64,000 bases of DNA from Octopus sinensis (lineage: Eukaryota). Position numbers and translations under genes: made by a program. Position 1 is the first letter of the stretch. The number at the start of each line of letters is the position of its first letter. The stretch covers positions 56,730,001-56,794,000 of the forward strand of contig NC_043012.1 of the NCBI RefSeq assembly GCF_006345805.1, read 5' to 3'. The notes below the pieces were generated by a model that was not told the origin of the DNA, made no database searches, and worked only from the letters and a program-made list of their open reading frames with translations. Shown piece by piece: positions 38,184 through 51,955 of the stretch.

Positions 38184-39370
38184 CATTCGCGATTTAGGGC
38201 ACTTAAGTTTCGCAGTCAGACTTTAGTCAAAGGTGAGTAGAAGCAAATGAAGTTTAAAATAGCAGGAGAAGCCATGCCGCCAGTTAAAGACAAATTTGTC
38301 AAAAGCTGAAGGAGATGGTACACCATCTCATTGTCTGAGTTAATTTCATTGAGTGTTTTGCCAGTTTTGGTTATGGTTAGCCATACTATGCAACGCATAA
38401 TAGTGGTTGTTAAAAAATCAAATGATATCTGTGCATGAAGCTTTTTAAAGTTAGGAAAGCCCTTGTACAGGGCTAATCCTTCTTTCTAAACGACGTATAC
38501 ATTTCCCCCACCAAAATGAACTTGGTTGACCGTTGACTCTATTGAATCCATCCGTCCTTTTACAGAGTTTGTTTTTCTGTCCTGCAGGGTGTCCAACGAG
38601 AACCACCCTTCTTACCAAGCAGGTTTGGTAGGGCTGCCGGTTTAGTTACCGACGGCTCAACCATGCAGCAGGTTGTACTGGGTTACATGTTACCAGCATG
38701 CATACATACATAATACATACATACATACATACATAATACATACATGCATACATGCATGCATACATACATGCATGCATACATACATACATGTATACATACA
38801 TGCATACATGCATACATGCATACATACATACATACATACATACATACATACATGCATACATATATACATCCATCCATCCATCCATCCATCCATATGAACG
38901 AGAATACATACATGAAACAAAGCATACAAATTTGCACAAGCACTAACTCCAATAAATACATACATATATATATACGCATGCACGCGCGCACACACACACG
39001 CTCTCTCTCTCACATACACGCATACATAGAGGAGATGCAAGTAGTATACGTCGATTGACATATATTAACAGGAAGGTACAACGAGTGCTTCGGTCGGTTT
39101 ACCATTAAAACTCCGACATGTTGTACAAATAGGAATGAGACGTTGAAATTGCCTATCCAAGGTGGCTAGAAATGGTGTAAATAGCGGGTGTAAATAGATC
39201 AAAGATGGATGACGGACAGGAAAAGCATTTGGCGTACTCAAGGGATAATTAGTTCATAGTAAAAAGTACAAATGAAGTATACAGTACAAGGTATGAATAA
39301 AGCAAAAATATCATCGAGTAACACCAAATGATTTGCTTGTCCGTCTTCCATATTTGATCCACTAAACATA

Positions 39371-39587
39371 CAAGGGCGTGTTGAAAATTTCCTGGCTTTG
39401 GGCAAAAGACAATACTGGAAGATCAGTTAATTATGATTTAATCCAACATACTCCCCTCTCAGATTCACATACTTATTGCAGTGGTCCTTAAGTTTTTCTA
39501 ATACTTGCAAAAGAACTCGGAAGGTTGGGCTTTCAACCAGGCCATTCACGATAACCTTAAAGCCAGGGACTTTTCAGCACCCCGTCG
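39371..39587. mobile_element. Mariner-type MITE
   Basis: TA TSD; TIRs CAAGGGCGTGTTGAAAATTTCCTGGCTTT / CGACGGGGTGCTGAAAAGTCCCTGGCTTT. Confidence 0.78.
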
Positions 39588-39591
39588 TATG

Positions 39592-39651
<60 letters not shown>

Positions 39652-39722
39652 CCTATCTATCTATCTATCCATCCATCCATCCATCCATCCATCCATCCAT
39701 CCATCCATCCATCCATCCATCC

Positions 39723-39769
<47 letters not shown>

Positions 39770-39931
39770 CCTAAATAAATATAGGGATGGTATTATTAAA
39801 ATACCATCACAAGTGGTAAGCGAATTATTAGTCGTACAGGCAAATTAATAAAATATATACATACAATATTAAATATGTACTTATATACACAAGGGTACTA
39901 CATGAGTGCCTATATCGCTAATGATAGAAGT

Positions 39932-39980
<49 letters not shown>

Positions 39981-39983
<3 letters not shown>

Positions 39984-40340
39984 TATTATAAAAGGCAGAT
40001 TTTATCTGCCTCCCTTTGGGAGTTATACAAATCTACAATATAGGATTTCTTCAATTACAATTTACCTTGCATTTTTAAGAGTACAATGCATCGCGTCATG
40101 CCAGGTCCAGTTTTTAAAATTTAAACTCCAATTAAGCAAAATTTACAGAAAACTCACATTCTGGTGTGTGTGTCAAATGCTTTTCTTAGTCTGGTTTACA
40201 GCACACGCAAACGCACACACACAGTGGGCAACGAATAAAATGAAAGTAATTGACTTACTGTAGTGAGTGATTCTTTCACTCTGCCTCCCACTTCCTCTTT
40301 CAACACATAGACACGCAAATATATAAATAAAATTGTAAGC
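39981..40340 (+). mobile_element. Possible Helitron 5' portion
   Basis: Starts A|TCTTATTATAAAAG like the 41748 element; no 3' hairpin or CTAG seen. Confidence 0.35.
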
Positions 40341-40490
40341 TAACGTGCGTGTGTGTGAGTGGGTGTGTGTGGGTGTGCGCGTGTGTGTGTGTGTGAGGGT
40401 GCGTGTGTGTGTGTGTGTGTGCGTGTGCGTGGGTGTGTGACAGGAAAGTCTTTTACGACGAATATAACACCTATATCCAAGTAGCAGAAA

Positions 40491-40960
40491 GATAAGACAG
40501 TAAGGTGTGATTTGAGGGAGATTTGGCTGCTATTTCTACCATGTCTAGCTGCCATGTAGGGGTCTCCCTCATACATACATATATATATAGATAAGACAGT
40601 AAGGTGTGATTTGGGGGAAATTTGGCTGCTATTTCTACCAGGTCTAGCTGCCATGTAGGGGTCTCCCTCATAGGCTCATACATACATATATACATAGATA
40701 AGACAGTAAGGTGTGATTTGGGGGAAATTTGGCTGCTATTTCTACCAGGTCTAGCTGCCATGTAGGGGTCTCCCTCATAGGCTCATACATACATATATAC
40801 ATAGATAAGACAGTAAGGTGTGATTTGGGGGAAATTTGGCTGCTATTTCTACCAGGTCTAGCTACCATGTAGAGGTCCCCCTCATTGGCTCATATATATA
40901 TACATACATAAGACAGTAAGGTGTGATTGAGGGAGATTTGGCTGCTGTTTCTACCAGGTC
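40491..40960. repeat. Tandem array, about 107-bp unit x5, derived from family E
   Basis: ATAAGACAG units start at about 40491, 40590, 40697, 40804 and 40907. Confidence 0.92.
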
Positions 40961-41326
40961 TGTTAGGCCTTCTCATGTAAACTCAAGCTTTCTCATGCCT
41001 TGAACATAAGACCAAAGCAGAGAATGTATTCTTTTATTCTTCTGCTTTTTCCAGCCATTGGTCTGTGGCCATGCTGGGGCAATGCCTTGAAGAATTGTAG
41101 TTTAATGAATCAACTCCAGTTTTATTTTTGTAAGCATTGTACTTATTCTATCTGTTTCCTTTGTCAAACCACTAGGTGACAGGGATGTAAACAAACCAAC
41201 ATTCGTTGTCAAGCAGTGGTGGAGGACAATCACAAGCACAGACACGCACACACACACACATACATGCATACACATATACACACATACATACATACATACA
41301 TATATATATATGTGTGTATATATATA

Positions 41327-41650
41327 TTGCAGCCTGGAAGGTGTTTCTAAGCCATTTAAGAAACACACAAAAACCGTTACATTCACTTCAACATTTAAAT
41401 TTAATTTGCCAAAATATTTTCGTCGCTTTGAGACCGCGACCTGTTCACTGACAAAAATATCGTGCTAACAGGTCGCGGTCTCAAAGCGACGAAAATATTT
41501 TGACAAATTAAATTTAAATGTTGAAGTGAATCTAACGGTTTTTGTGTGTTTCTTAAATGGCTTATAAACACCTTCAACGCTGCAACTGTTTTCGTTCCAG
41601 CACACGATCTCAGATCAAGTCACTTGCTATGCAAGTACATCTCTGTAACT
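41327..41650. mobile_element. Foldback repeat with about 120-bp arms plus a right extension
   Basis: 41327-41585 is a near-perfect palindrome with a short loop. Partial copies lie at 13900-14125, 17540-17685 and 30665-30770. Confidence 0.8.
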
Positions 41651-41747
41651 ATATATATATTTATATATATATATATATGTATATTGGTAAAAACAGTAAG
41701 ATAACAAAAGAAAGAAAGAGACCTCAATATTATGTAAATAGAGGAAA

Positions 41748-42254
<507 letters not shown>

Positions 42255-43916
42255 TGTGTGTGCGCGTATATATATATATGTGCATGCATGTGTGCACATA
42301 TGTGTTTATATAGACAGAGAAAGTGAAATACAAATACACAACACACACACACACACAGACAGACACACGCACGCACGCACGCACATACAAGTACTCACAC
42401 ACTCCGTTATCATTCACCGTTTTATCTTGTGTGAATGTCATTGACCAGCTTTGTATGCAAGATGTGCTGTGGAAGACTGATACTTTATAAAATGTTTATT
42501 ACAAAATAAGACAAAGAGAATAGCTGAATAGTGGAACAGAGGAATAGCAAATTCGACAAGCGGACGTCGTTAAAATAAGTACTAGACTGGAAATTTATTA
42601 TGAGGTCGATAAGATCGGCTTGAAACCTTGAAGCCAATGCTCCAGCATTGCCACGGTGTAATGACTGAAACCAGTTGATGAGTAACAGAATTAACAGTGT
42701 GTGTGTGTGTGCATGTGTGTATTTGAGTGTGTGTTTTAAAATCATTATGACGACGCCACTCCGATGTAATTGATTCGGTTTTAACACACTATCCTTAGAT
42801 TAAATTCCTTGGCAAACGTGTACATCGTTGAAATTTATCGGAAATATAAGCGTTCTCGATTAAAGATGTACTTTAAGCACAGGATAGAGATCTAGAGATC
42901 TCTTTAGGTTTTGAAGCTTAAACTTAAGGTCTATCCTGTAGAGATAGCTGTTGCTGCTGACATTTTTCTCCCCGGATCAGTTCTGATAAAACAAACATTC
43001 CAACTATGACCATCCCACTTTATCTTTTTATACATCAGGGTCTACATTGTTCAATGTGTCCCGTTCCTTTTTTTTTTTTTTTTTTCTAGCACGCTAGATG
43101 GCGATTAGAGGGAGGTTTGTCTGCTATGTCTACCAGGTTGAAATACCACGTAGAGATTTCCTTGTAGTTTTTTTTGTTACTTAGCTAAAACTCCACGTCA
43201 GCTCTGATTCAATAAGACAGACCACTTGGTCAAAGACGCTCCAGCCACGACCAGCGCGTTCTTTGCTTATGTGGGGAAACTACAATTTCAAAATCTGTTT
43301 CTCACCTTTCCCCTCTCTCTTTACTTTTTCGAGACAGTAAGGTATAATTTGAGGGATATTTGGCTGCTACATAAGACAGGTCGAACGCCAATGTATATAT
43401 ATAGAGAGAGTCTCCTTCGTAATGATAAAAACGCGTAGGAAGGAAAGAGTCAAATTGTAGTTGTTGAGGGAAAATATTTTAGCTTATGGTGTGGTTGAGA
43501 TATGTTATAGAGAAAGCAACACATTATGCGTCTTGTATTCCACTTTCTCATATCGTGTCAGAACCATAATGTGTTTGTTATTATAGTAATACGAATTCCA
43601 AACATATTAAGGATATTGGATGGTCATAAAACACTTAATATCGTCTTCTCAGTAGCGAGAACACACGTAGATTTACTTTACAATGTATTATACAAGCTTC
43701 TGTGATAATACATTAACGTTTGCATATTAACTCGCGCAGTCTTGCCACTCGCACACACAGACAGGAACACACAGACAGTACATACACTCACTCACTCACT
43801 CACTCATTCACTCACTCATTCACTCACTCTCTTTTTCTCTCTTTCTTCCCTTCCCATTATTGTTTGTTTCCAATTTCTCTTCTCCCTCTACCTCACATGC
43901 ATACTCAAACCCAATT

Positions 43917-43947
<31 letters not shown>

Positions 43948-44429
43948 ATCTGTGAATGTGCGCGCGTGTGTGTATGTGTGTGCGTCTGAGAGTATATGAA
44001 TGAATGTAAAATTCCTCTTCGCATCATTGCACACACACACAACCACAAAGACACACACACACACACGCACACACACACACACGCACGCACACACACACAC
44101 ACACACCATACATGTACTCACACAAAGCGCGCATGTATACAACACGCACGCACACATACACATACATGAACACGTACACACTATACGCACGCGCGCTCGC
44201 ATTCACGTTAATACACAGATTTGTTGATGCACACATACATTGATCAGATTACTATACGTATTTATATACGACTAATTCACTTATTTAATTGGTGCCAATG
44301 ACTATGCTGTTGTTAATGAACCTACATAATTATCAATATTGATGAGATAAAAGCTGTAACGTCATTAATTTTATACGTAACACACCAGACATATTTACTA
44401 ATCATTAAGTTTCCACCGTCAAAGCGAAC

Positions 44430-44625
44430 GGGTATGTATGTATGTATGTATGTATGTATGTATGTATGTATGTATGTATGTATGTATGTATGTATGTATG
44501 TATGTATGTATGTATGTATGTATGTATGTATGTATGTATGTATGTATGTATGTATGTATGTATGTAGGGAGACAGATAACGAGAGAAAGAGATAGGTAGA
44601 TATATAGATAAAGAGAGGGAGAGAA

Positions 44626-44672
<47 letters not shown>

Positions 44673-44790
44673 TATAGATAGATAGATAGATAGATAGGTA
44701 GATAGATAGATAGGCAGAGATAGAAACAGAAAAGAGAGATAGACAAAGAGATAAAGAAAGAGAGAAAGGGTAAGTGAGAAAGAGAGAGGG
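44430..44790. repeat. (TATG)n, (GATA)n and GA-rich arrays
   Basis: Direct reading. Confidence 0.92.
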
Positions 44791-45539
44791 AGAGACAAAA
44801 GCGTTTTATTTCTAGAAAGACTTTTTACCTACCCAAAATATTTGATTGAAAAGTGTTTTCCGTAAGAAAACCTTTAGCAAAACTAAAACATTGAGCAAAC
44901 CTTTAAATTTTGCATACGAAATAATATATGAAGATATCACAAGGTTATTTTATTTAATTTTATTCTATTTTATTTTCCTTCCAAACCTGATTGACTGAAA
45001 AATGTTTTGTTTTGATTCTGCTTATTAAATTTATAATAGTTGAAACATTAATTTAATATAAACAATTTTTCTAATTTTAACAACCTGTGCTATCTGCTGA
45101 AAAACATTTGGCTTTGTACGCGAGATTTAAGGTTTTGTAAGGTTTAAAGGTTTTCGTAAATAAATGAACGATTATAGATTGAAAAGATAAATTCATCTGA
45201 ATCCTTAAGAAAATTTTCGTTTTTAATAACCTCAATTGAAAACGTTTTGATTTTTCCTTCTTTTTCCTTTTTTTACATGAAATTTTTAAGGATTTATAAT
45301 ATTTAAGGTCTAACGTTTGGTATATAAGGATTCATGTTTCTACATTCTAAAGTTAAAGATTACTAAAATAATTATTTACAATGGTGAGTTATTAGGTTAT
45401 TTTAATGGATTTTAAGAGTAAAATTGCAAAAGCAATGAAAATTTTAAATATTTCTTAGAAAACAATCGACATCACAAGAAAATTTTTTTAAATATCGAGA
45501 CTTTTTAAGCTTCGTTAAATATCGGCAAAACCCGTAGAT

Positions 45540-45995
45540 TACGGCTTACGGAAGTTACCGAGAGTAGTGTGTTTATTAACGTAGTATCGCAATTCGCCGT
45601 TACACATCTCTTTAAATTCATGCAAATTTAAATTAATATATTTATATTAAATTACTCCAGCAGCATTGACATATTTCAATTACGATGTCTTGCATGAAAA
45701 TATATAAGAAGAAGGGCGCCATCGCGCAAATATAACCGTAAAATAAAAAAAATAAACAGCTTGAAGAAACAGGGCGTGTCATATCCGCCTTAGGTTGTCG
45801 ATTTTCGCTCTGTAACATCAAGGCTTCTGACCAATCAGATAGCTTAAGTTTTCGGGACATAACTGACGTCATAGTACGCCCCGCCTTCATTTTCATTTTT
45901 TTTCCTCTTCTCGTCGCTTACCCTCCTTAATGGTGACGCACCCTCGTTCTGCTATCAACCCTCTTTTATTTTGCAAGGGATTCAGGCAGTAAGCT
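45540..45995. promoter_or_regulatory. CpG-rich promoter-like element, possibly bidirectional
   Basis: CCAAT 45831-45835, perfect CRE TGACGTCA 45864-45871, GC box near 45878-45885, then a pyrimidine tract and plus-strand donor GCA|GTAAGC at 45989. On the minus strand, GATGGCG near 45720 and donor TCC|GTAAGC at 45549. Confidence 0.55.
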
Positions 45996-46569
45996 TAGAT
46001 GGCCATCTATCAACAGTTTATTTGATATATTTTTAGCCTCTCTTCTCATTTGTTTTGATGCACCACCGTTATTATTTCGAATCGTAATCCGCCACAACGA
46101 TGTTGTTGTTTAATACAAAGTCTTCTGTTCTTTAATTATTCTGTTATAATTAAATATCTAAAACACTCTATTGGTTATTAATTCTATATAAATCTTAGAA
46201 TTCAAGAATTAATTATAAGGTTAAGATGATATCGGCTGGTCTTGAACTCAGAACGTAAAAGGCCGTATCCAAATATTTGCACGCTCTAACGGTTCTGTTA
46301 ACTCACAACCCCGATTAAAAGACCTACTTATTATCCAAGTCATTCCAATAGTGGCCATATAGCCTTTTTTCTTTCTTCAGACCTAGTTTGACTAGGATTA
46401 CATTATTCAGTTTCTTTTTTTTTTTTTTACTCACGGTAAAGTATGTCTGAAGGGATTTGGGTGCTATTTTTAGCAGGTAGAGCAACCACACAGAGAGTCT
46501 TTACGTGGGTTTGTAAAACAGTTGGCGATTAAAAAAAAAATAGTTATCTACAATAAAGATATAACTTTC

Positions 46570-47430
46570 CTAATTTTTGGCACAAGGCCGGCAATTCTGA
46601 GCGGGTGGAGAAGCAGATTGTATCCGATTACTGTGCTCAACTGGTCTTTAGTAATGTTTTCGACCCTGAAAGGATGAAAAAGCGACGTCGACCTTAGCGG
46701 ATTTTGAACTTAGAACATAAAAGCGGAATGATTGCTACTAAGAATTTTGTCCGACGCACTAGCAATTCTACCAGCTTACTGCATTCAATAAGCGCTATCG
46801 TATTATTATACGTGTTATATATTATTTATACACATTTAGTGTTCTCTTAGATAAGCACAAGGCAAGGAGTTTTGCGGTAGGGAGTGCTGGGTGAATCATT
46901 CAATTACATCAACACCAAAGCTACACTGATACTTAATTTTACCGACACCGGAAGTATGAAAGGCAAAGTCGACCTTGCGCGGGGATTGAACTTAGAACGT
47001 AAAAGAACGTAACTAAATATCTATTTCTTTATTACCCACAAGGGGCTAAACATAGAAGGGACAAACAAGGACAGACATAGGTATTAAGTCGATTACATCG
47101 ATTCCAGTGCGTAACTGGTACTTAATTTATCGACCCCGAAAGGATGAAAGGTAAAGTCGACCTCGGCGGAATTTGAACTCACAACGTAACGGCAGGCGAA
47201 AAATATCGCAAGGTTTATTTTGTTGTTTGTCTTTCTGATTTTGCCGTCTGTCGCCTAAAAAAAAAAAATTACTTACTAACCACAGGCACATGGCCACGAA
47301 ATTTGCGGTGTAGTTGATTTAACCAGCTCAGTAACTTGACTGATATTTATTTAATCGGTCCCTGAAAGAATGGAAAAAGTAAAGTCGACCATAGAGAGAT
47401 CTGAACCCCGAATGTAAAGGTACGAAATGG
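46570..47430 (-). mobile_element. Four same-strand family B SINEs of differing divergence
   Basis: Cores at about 46650, 46930, 47120 and 47350. Confidence 0.8.
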
Positions 47431-47644
47431 TATACTGCAGTATAGCGTTCAGCGCACTGCCTCCAGTGCCAATCCACCTCTTATGGGGAAGGGGATCCTA
47501 TGAACCGCCACCCCCCCAAGAAAAAGAACAAAAGCAACACTGGATGATCACGGTTATTTAACATCTTTATTTATAGGTTTGTTTGATCAGGGTTTTCCTG
47601 GGGTTGAACAACAATTTCGAAGTGCTGCTTCTACGTAGTCACTC

Positions 47645-47975
47645 AACCTGCTAGAAATAGCAGCCAAATATTTATCAATTCAGACCCTAGCATCTTAAGG
47701 TAGAGTCATTAGATATTGGACGCGGTTAGAGTGCCTTTAATTATATAGAGCTGCTTTCTAGAAGCTAATTCCGAGGGTTAAAAACCAACGGTAGTAAAAA
47801 GTGTCTGGGTCTGCTAGAAACAGCAACCAAATCTCCTCTAAATCACTCCTTACCGTCTAAAATAAGGAAAGAACCCAATCGTATAGAAAGAAAAAAAAGG
47901 TCGGGATGGTCACAGGTGGATTACCTTTGATTATAAATAAGGCTGTTCATTCAAACAGCTCAAGAGCTGAAGGTT
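47645..47975 (+). mobile_element. Dispersed repeat family E (CTAGAAATAGCAGCCAAATCT core)
   Basis: The same motif set occurs at about 2010-2215, 4290-4440, 5170-5385, 20820, 43000-43150 (-), 46430 (-) and 52560 (-). Class not determined. Confidence 0.65.
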
Positions 47976-48612
47976 TTTAATATAGCCTGAGCGTGAAAGT
48001 CTCCAGATAGCAGCAACAGCCAACAGCAGCAGCAACAACAATACTAACAAGAACAACAGCAGCGGTAGCAGCAGCAACAACATCAGCAGCTGCAGCAGTA
48101 ACAGCAACAGCGTGAGATTAGTTTAGTGTCTGACTACTAAGAATTATTTTCAACGATGTTATATAAATCGCGGAGCTGCGGCAACTCCACATCGTTAAAG
48201 GAGACTGACTGTGTTCAACACACACTTACAATAGACCTTCGCTTTTATTTATTATTGTTTTGGCTTTTTATTCGAGTTGACCTAGACTTAACAAAAACTG
48301 GTATTAAATTACGATATATTTTTTTAAACAAATATATTCATTACCAACCAGTATGTCAACAAAATACGGAGGTCGGTTATGAATGAATAAAAATTAAAAC
48401 GGGTTCGTATTCTGTGTAACGTATCTCGTATTTGATCTCGATGTGAAATCGGACCCCACGAGGGACAGCTTCGGTTCAAAATCGAACAGAGCGGTTTCGT
48501 CGCTGATTTTGTTATTTGAGAAAGCGAAAGCAGTAACTCATCAACATCTATCCTTCCTAAGATGCTGAGCAATATTTCACACACATACACACGCACGCAC
48601 GCACGCACGCAC

Positions 48613-48656
<44 letters not shown>

Positions 48657-48738
48657 CCTAAAATCTGTTTATGTGTGTGCGTCTGTGTTTATGTTCGCAC
48701 CTGTCTACAAAACCGGTGTTGGTATTGGTAACGCATTG

Positions 48739-49145
48739 TCTCTTTTACTCTTTTACTTGTTTCAGTCATTTGACTGCGGCCATGCTGGAGCACCGCCTTT
48801 AATCGAGCAACTCAACCCCGGGACTTATTCTTTTGTAAGCCCAGTACTTATTCTATCGGTCTCTTTTGTCGAACCGCTAAGTAACGGGGACATAAACACA
48901 CCAGCATCGGTTGTCAAGCAATGCTAGGGGGACAAACACAGACGCACAAACACACACACGCATATATATATATACATATATACGACGGGCTTCTTTCAGT
49001 TTCCGTCTACCAAATCCACTCACAAGGCTTTGGTCGGCCCGAGGCTATAGTAGAAGACACTTGCCTAAGGTGCCACGCAGAGGGACTGAACCCAGAACCA
49101 TGTGGTTGGTAAACAAGCTACTTACCACACAGCCACTCCTGCGCC
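48739..49145 (-). mobile_element. Young family A SINE inside an older family A 3' half (48670-49320)
   Basis: Near-consensus copy; older SINE-like sequence on both sides. Confidence 0.88.
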
Positions 49146-49570
49146 TTTATATTCTGAAATTTAACAGTTTGACAAACGGCGATCGATAAAATAAGTACCA
49201 ATAGGGAAAATAAGTACGGTTAGTGATGCATCCGGGTTACATATGATCAACTTAAAATAACCCCCTTTGAAGGTGGTGCCCCAGCATGACCATAGTTCTC
49301 TGACAGGAATCAGTAAAAAATAAAATATGATGACGGATTAAATAACTACGGAATGCAACCGCCTTTTGGAAATCTTAGAATCTTAAATATGGAAGCTCAT
49401 ATGGTATATTTTGCTTCACGATACATCTCACGGATGCTCTGGAATGTATCCTCGGGAATGTTTCAAGGGTTTTAAGGGGTTCGGGGAGCTCAAGATAAAT
49501 ATCCGGTCACCCAGTTGACTGGATATCATCCTATGCCGGAGGTTGATCAAATCTCAGTTTGCATCCTCGT

Positions 49571-49619
<49 letters not shown>

Positions 49620-49629
<10 letters not shown>

Positions 49630-50150
49630 TCTGTTCTCTTTATCCAAAACCATCTTTATAAAAGCCTTCTCTGCAGTTTTGGTAAATAGACAAATGTATG
49701 ATCTTTTATCTTTGCTGCACCAGTAACGCCAAACCCAGTTAGAACTTTGCAGGGTGAACACCCCCAATGATAAACAATACAAATTTTTGCCATTGTTGTG
49801 ATGTTTAATCGAGTTTTCCCCCAGAATATTTCTGTCGTTCGGACACTCGGAAGATCTTCACCTTCAACTGTTTAATAAGGTTTAGTAATTCAAGTAGCAA
49901 CCAACTTTTCCTTTAAGGGTGACAGTTGGTCCCCAAGAAATTCATCTTGCCTTTCACCCTCACCGCACACTTTTACAAAACGTGGAATTTCCACAGGTTC
50001 TACCCTTGATAAGTTTTGCCTTTTTAATCTTTTTATCAAGCTTTGTTCCCAAACATCCCCCTCGTTGAGTAAGGTGAGTAGGAAGCCGGTTTAGACATCA
50101 ATCACTCGACCATGGATGATTAATACTGGACTGCATGGTCACCGGTAACA
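49620..50150 (-). pseudogene. Possible highly decayed LTR-retrotransposon protease-region remnant
   Basis: Long reading frame with a few stops (PVLIIHGRVIDV*TG ... EFLGDQL) loosely resembling DTG...ILG.D spacing. Weak. Confidence 0.15.
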
Positions 50151-51426
50151 CATTTCAGTCAGTCCTTATAATGGAATTAGTCCTAATTTGACCTGACTTG
50201 ACATAGAAATATTTCACATAGTCGTAAGCAAATGTAGACAAATGTTTTTTGTCTCCTCTGCATAGTTACATTTCCGTGAAGACACAAAGAAAAAAAAAAA
50301 CGTATTTGCTTATTTTCTTAATGGTTACCATAAACAGATTTCCATCAACTCCGATAATGGAATTGGTCTTGACTTGAAACTGACCTGGCATAGATGAGTC
50401 TAAAAATACACGAAGTCAAATGTAAAAAAAAAAAAGAAGGAAAAAAAGCCTTTTCCTTTACTTCGTGGAGACATCTCTGTGAAAACATTTATTTACTTTC
50501 TCCATGTGCAAGCCCGTTGCCATACTTTAGTGTTTAGGGGTGCCTCAGAATATTCTGGGTAGGCACTAATTTGTAATAATGCTAAAGTGGACCACTAAAG
50601 TGTAGTAAATCTGAAAGCGCAGCATTGAATAGCGAGGGAGAAGTTCTGTCCAAGTGTACCCACTTAGCGACGGTTATGTCCACGTACTTATTACATTACA
50701 CAACGCAGCGATGCTTAAAATTCACACACACTCACACATACAGTCAATGGTATGGAATCGATGTATTCCGAGGGAATTCAAATGTGTAACCTAAGCCAAG
50801 TGTAAAGATGACCCACGAACTAATTACACCGAATCATCGCCGGAAGTACGTGGAAAGACATCGTGCTATGCTTAAAAGCGATGCACTTGCCAAAATTTTT
50901 CGACTTGGGTTTAGGAGAACAAACCCCTCCAAATCCTTGCTGGTAATTATATCGTTGACAGACGCGAATCGTCTGTCACAGTCTGTCCGTTTACTTTCCG
51001 CTTAGCTTCTACCACGTCTAACACTAAACCAGGTTTCCGCTCACTTTCCCCTATGTTTAAAAACGAACAACAGAGTTTCTGTGGAGTTCCTAGATCTCTT
51101 AGAAATGGTTACTAAAGATATCTCTCTCAAATCACACTGCGTTGTCGCTCGACTTGCTTGAAATAACAACCAAACCTCCCACAAACCAGATGCATCGTCT
51201 TTTAAAATGGTGACATTATATAATATGGTCAAACAAGGTCGACATTCCTGAAAATATAAAAGAAACACGGATTGGCTTATGCGGTTCTAGATACACTACG
51301 TCTCAGACGAATACAGGTTTGGCCAGAGCTAGAGTGCCCCTTTGGTCAGTAGTTTGTTTACATAACTAAATGATTGAGAGAAAATTGATAGCAAACAGAG
51401 CATGTGCGTTAAAATCTAGCATTTTC

Positions 51427-51849
51427 GGATAGTTTCGGTTTGAACGGCAGTTTTTTCTAGCGGTGTCATATGAAATTGTCACCCATAATTATGACCCTAG
51501 TATCGTTCTATTACATTTCAATCTTTTTTAGGGTTAGGGGTGGAGGGAAGGGTATCTTTCTTTCTTCACAAATGTAAATAAACCCAATCTGTTTCTTAAA
51601 CGAGGGACACATTCATACGGCACAGAATGTTTTTCTTTACCTCAATAGACGTCATTGATTGGTTGAAATTGCAGAAATTGAAGTGAAGAAAAAACAACAA
51701 CAAATATCTCACAAACTATAGAATTCTCTCAATAAAGCCAAGAGAAAAAGATGTTTTATAAACACATTCTACCAGTATACGAAGTTTAAAAGTGTTTAGT
51801 TACGTGGAAATTATTTTTAAAAAAACTGCCGTTCAAACCGAAAAGATCC
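51427..51849. mobile_element. MITE with about 30-bp TIRs and near-perfect 8-bp TSD
   Basis: TIR GGAT..TTTCGGTTTGAACGGCAGTTTTTT; TSD GCATTTTC/GCATGTTC. The right half recurs at 20920-21119. Confidence 0.8.
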
Positions 51850-51921
51850 GCATGTTCCTCTATTCTAGATGTTAATGGAATTATAATAAATGAAGAATAT
51901 CTTAGCGAACCTGAAACCTAA

Positions 51922-51955
<34 letters not shown>

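Noticed and set aside
48010-48112. CAG/CAA tract as a polyglutamine exon
   Set aside because: No convincing splice sites or flanking coding sequence.
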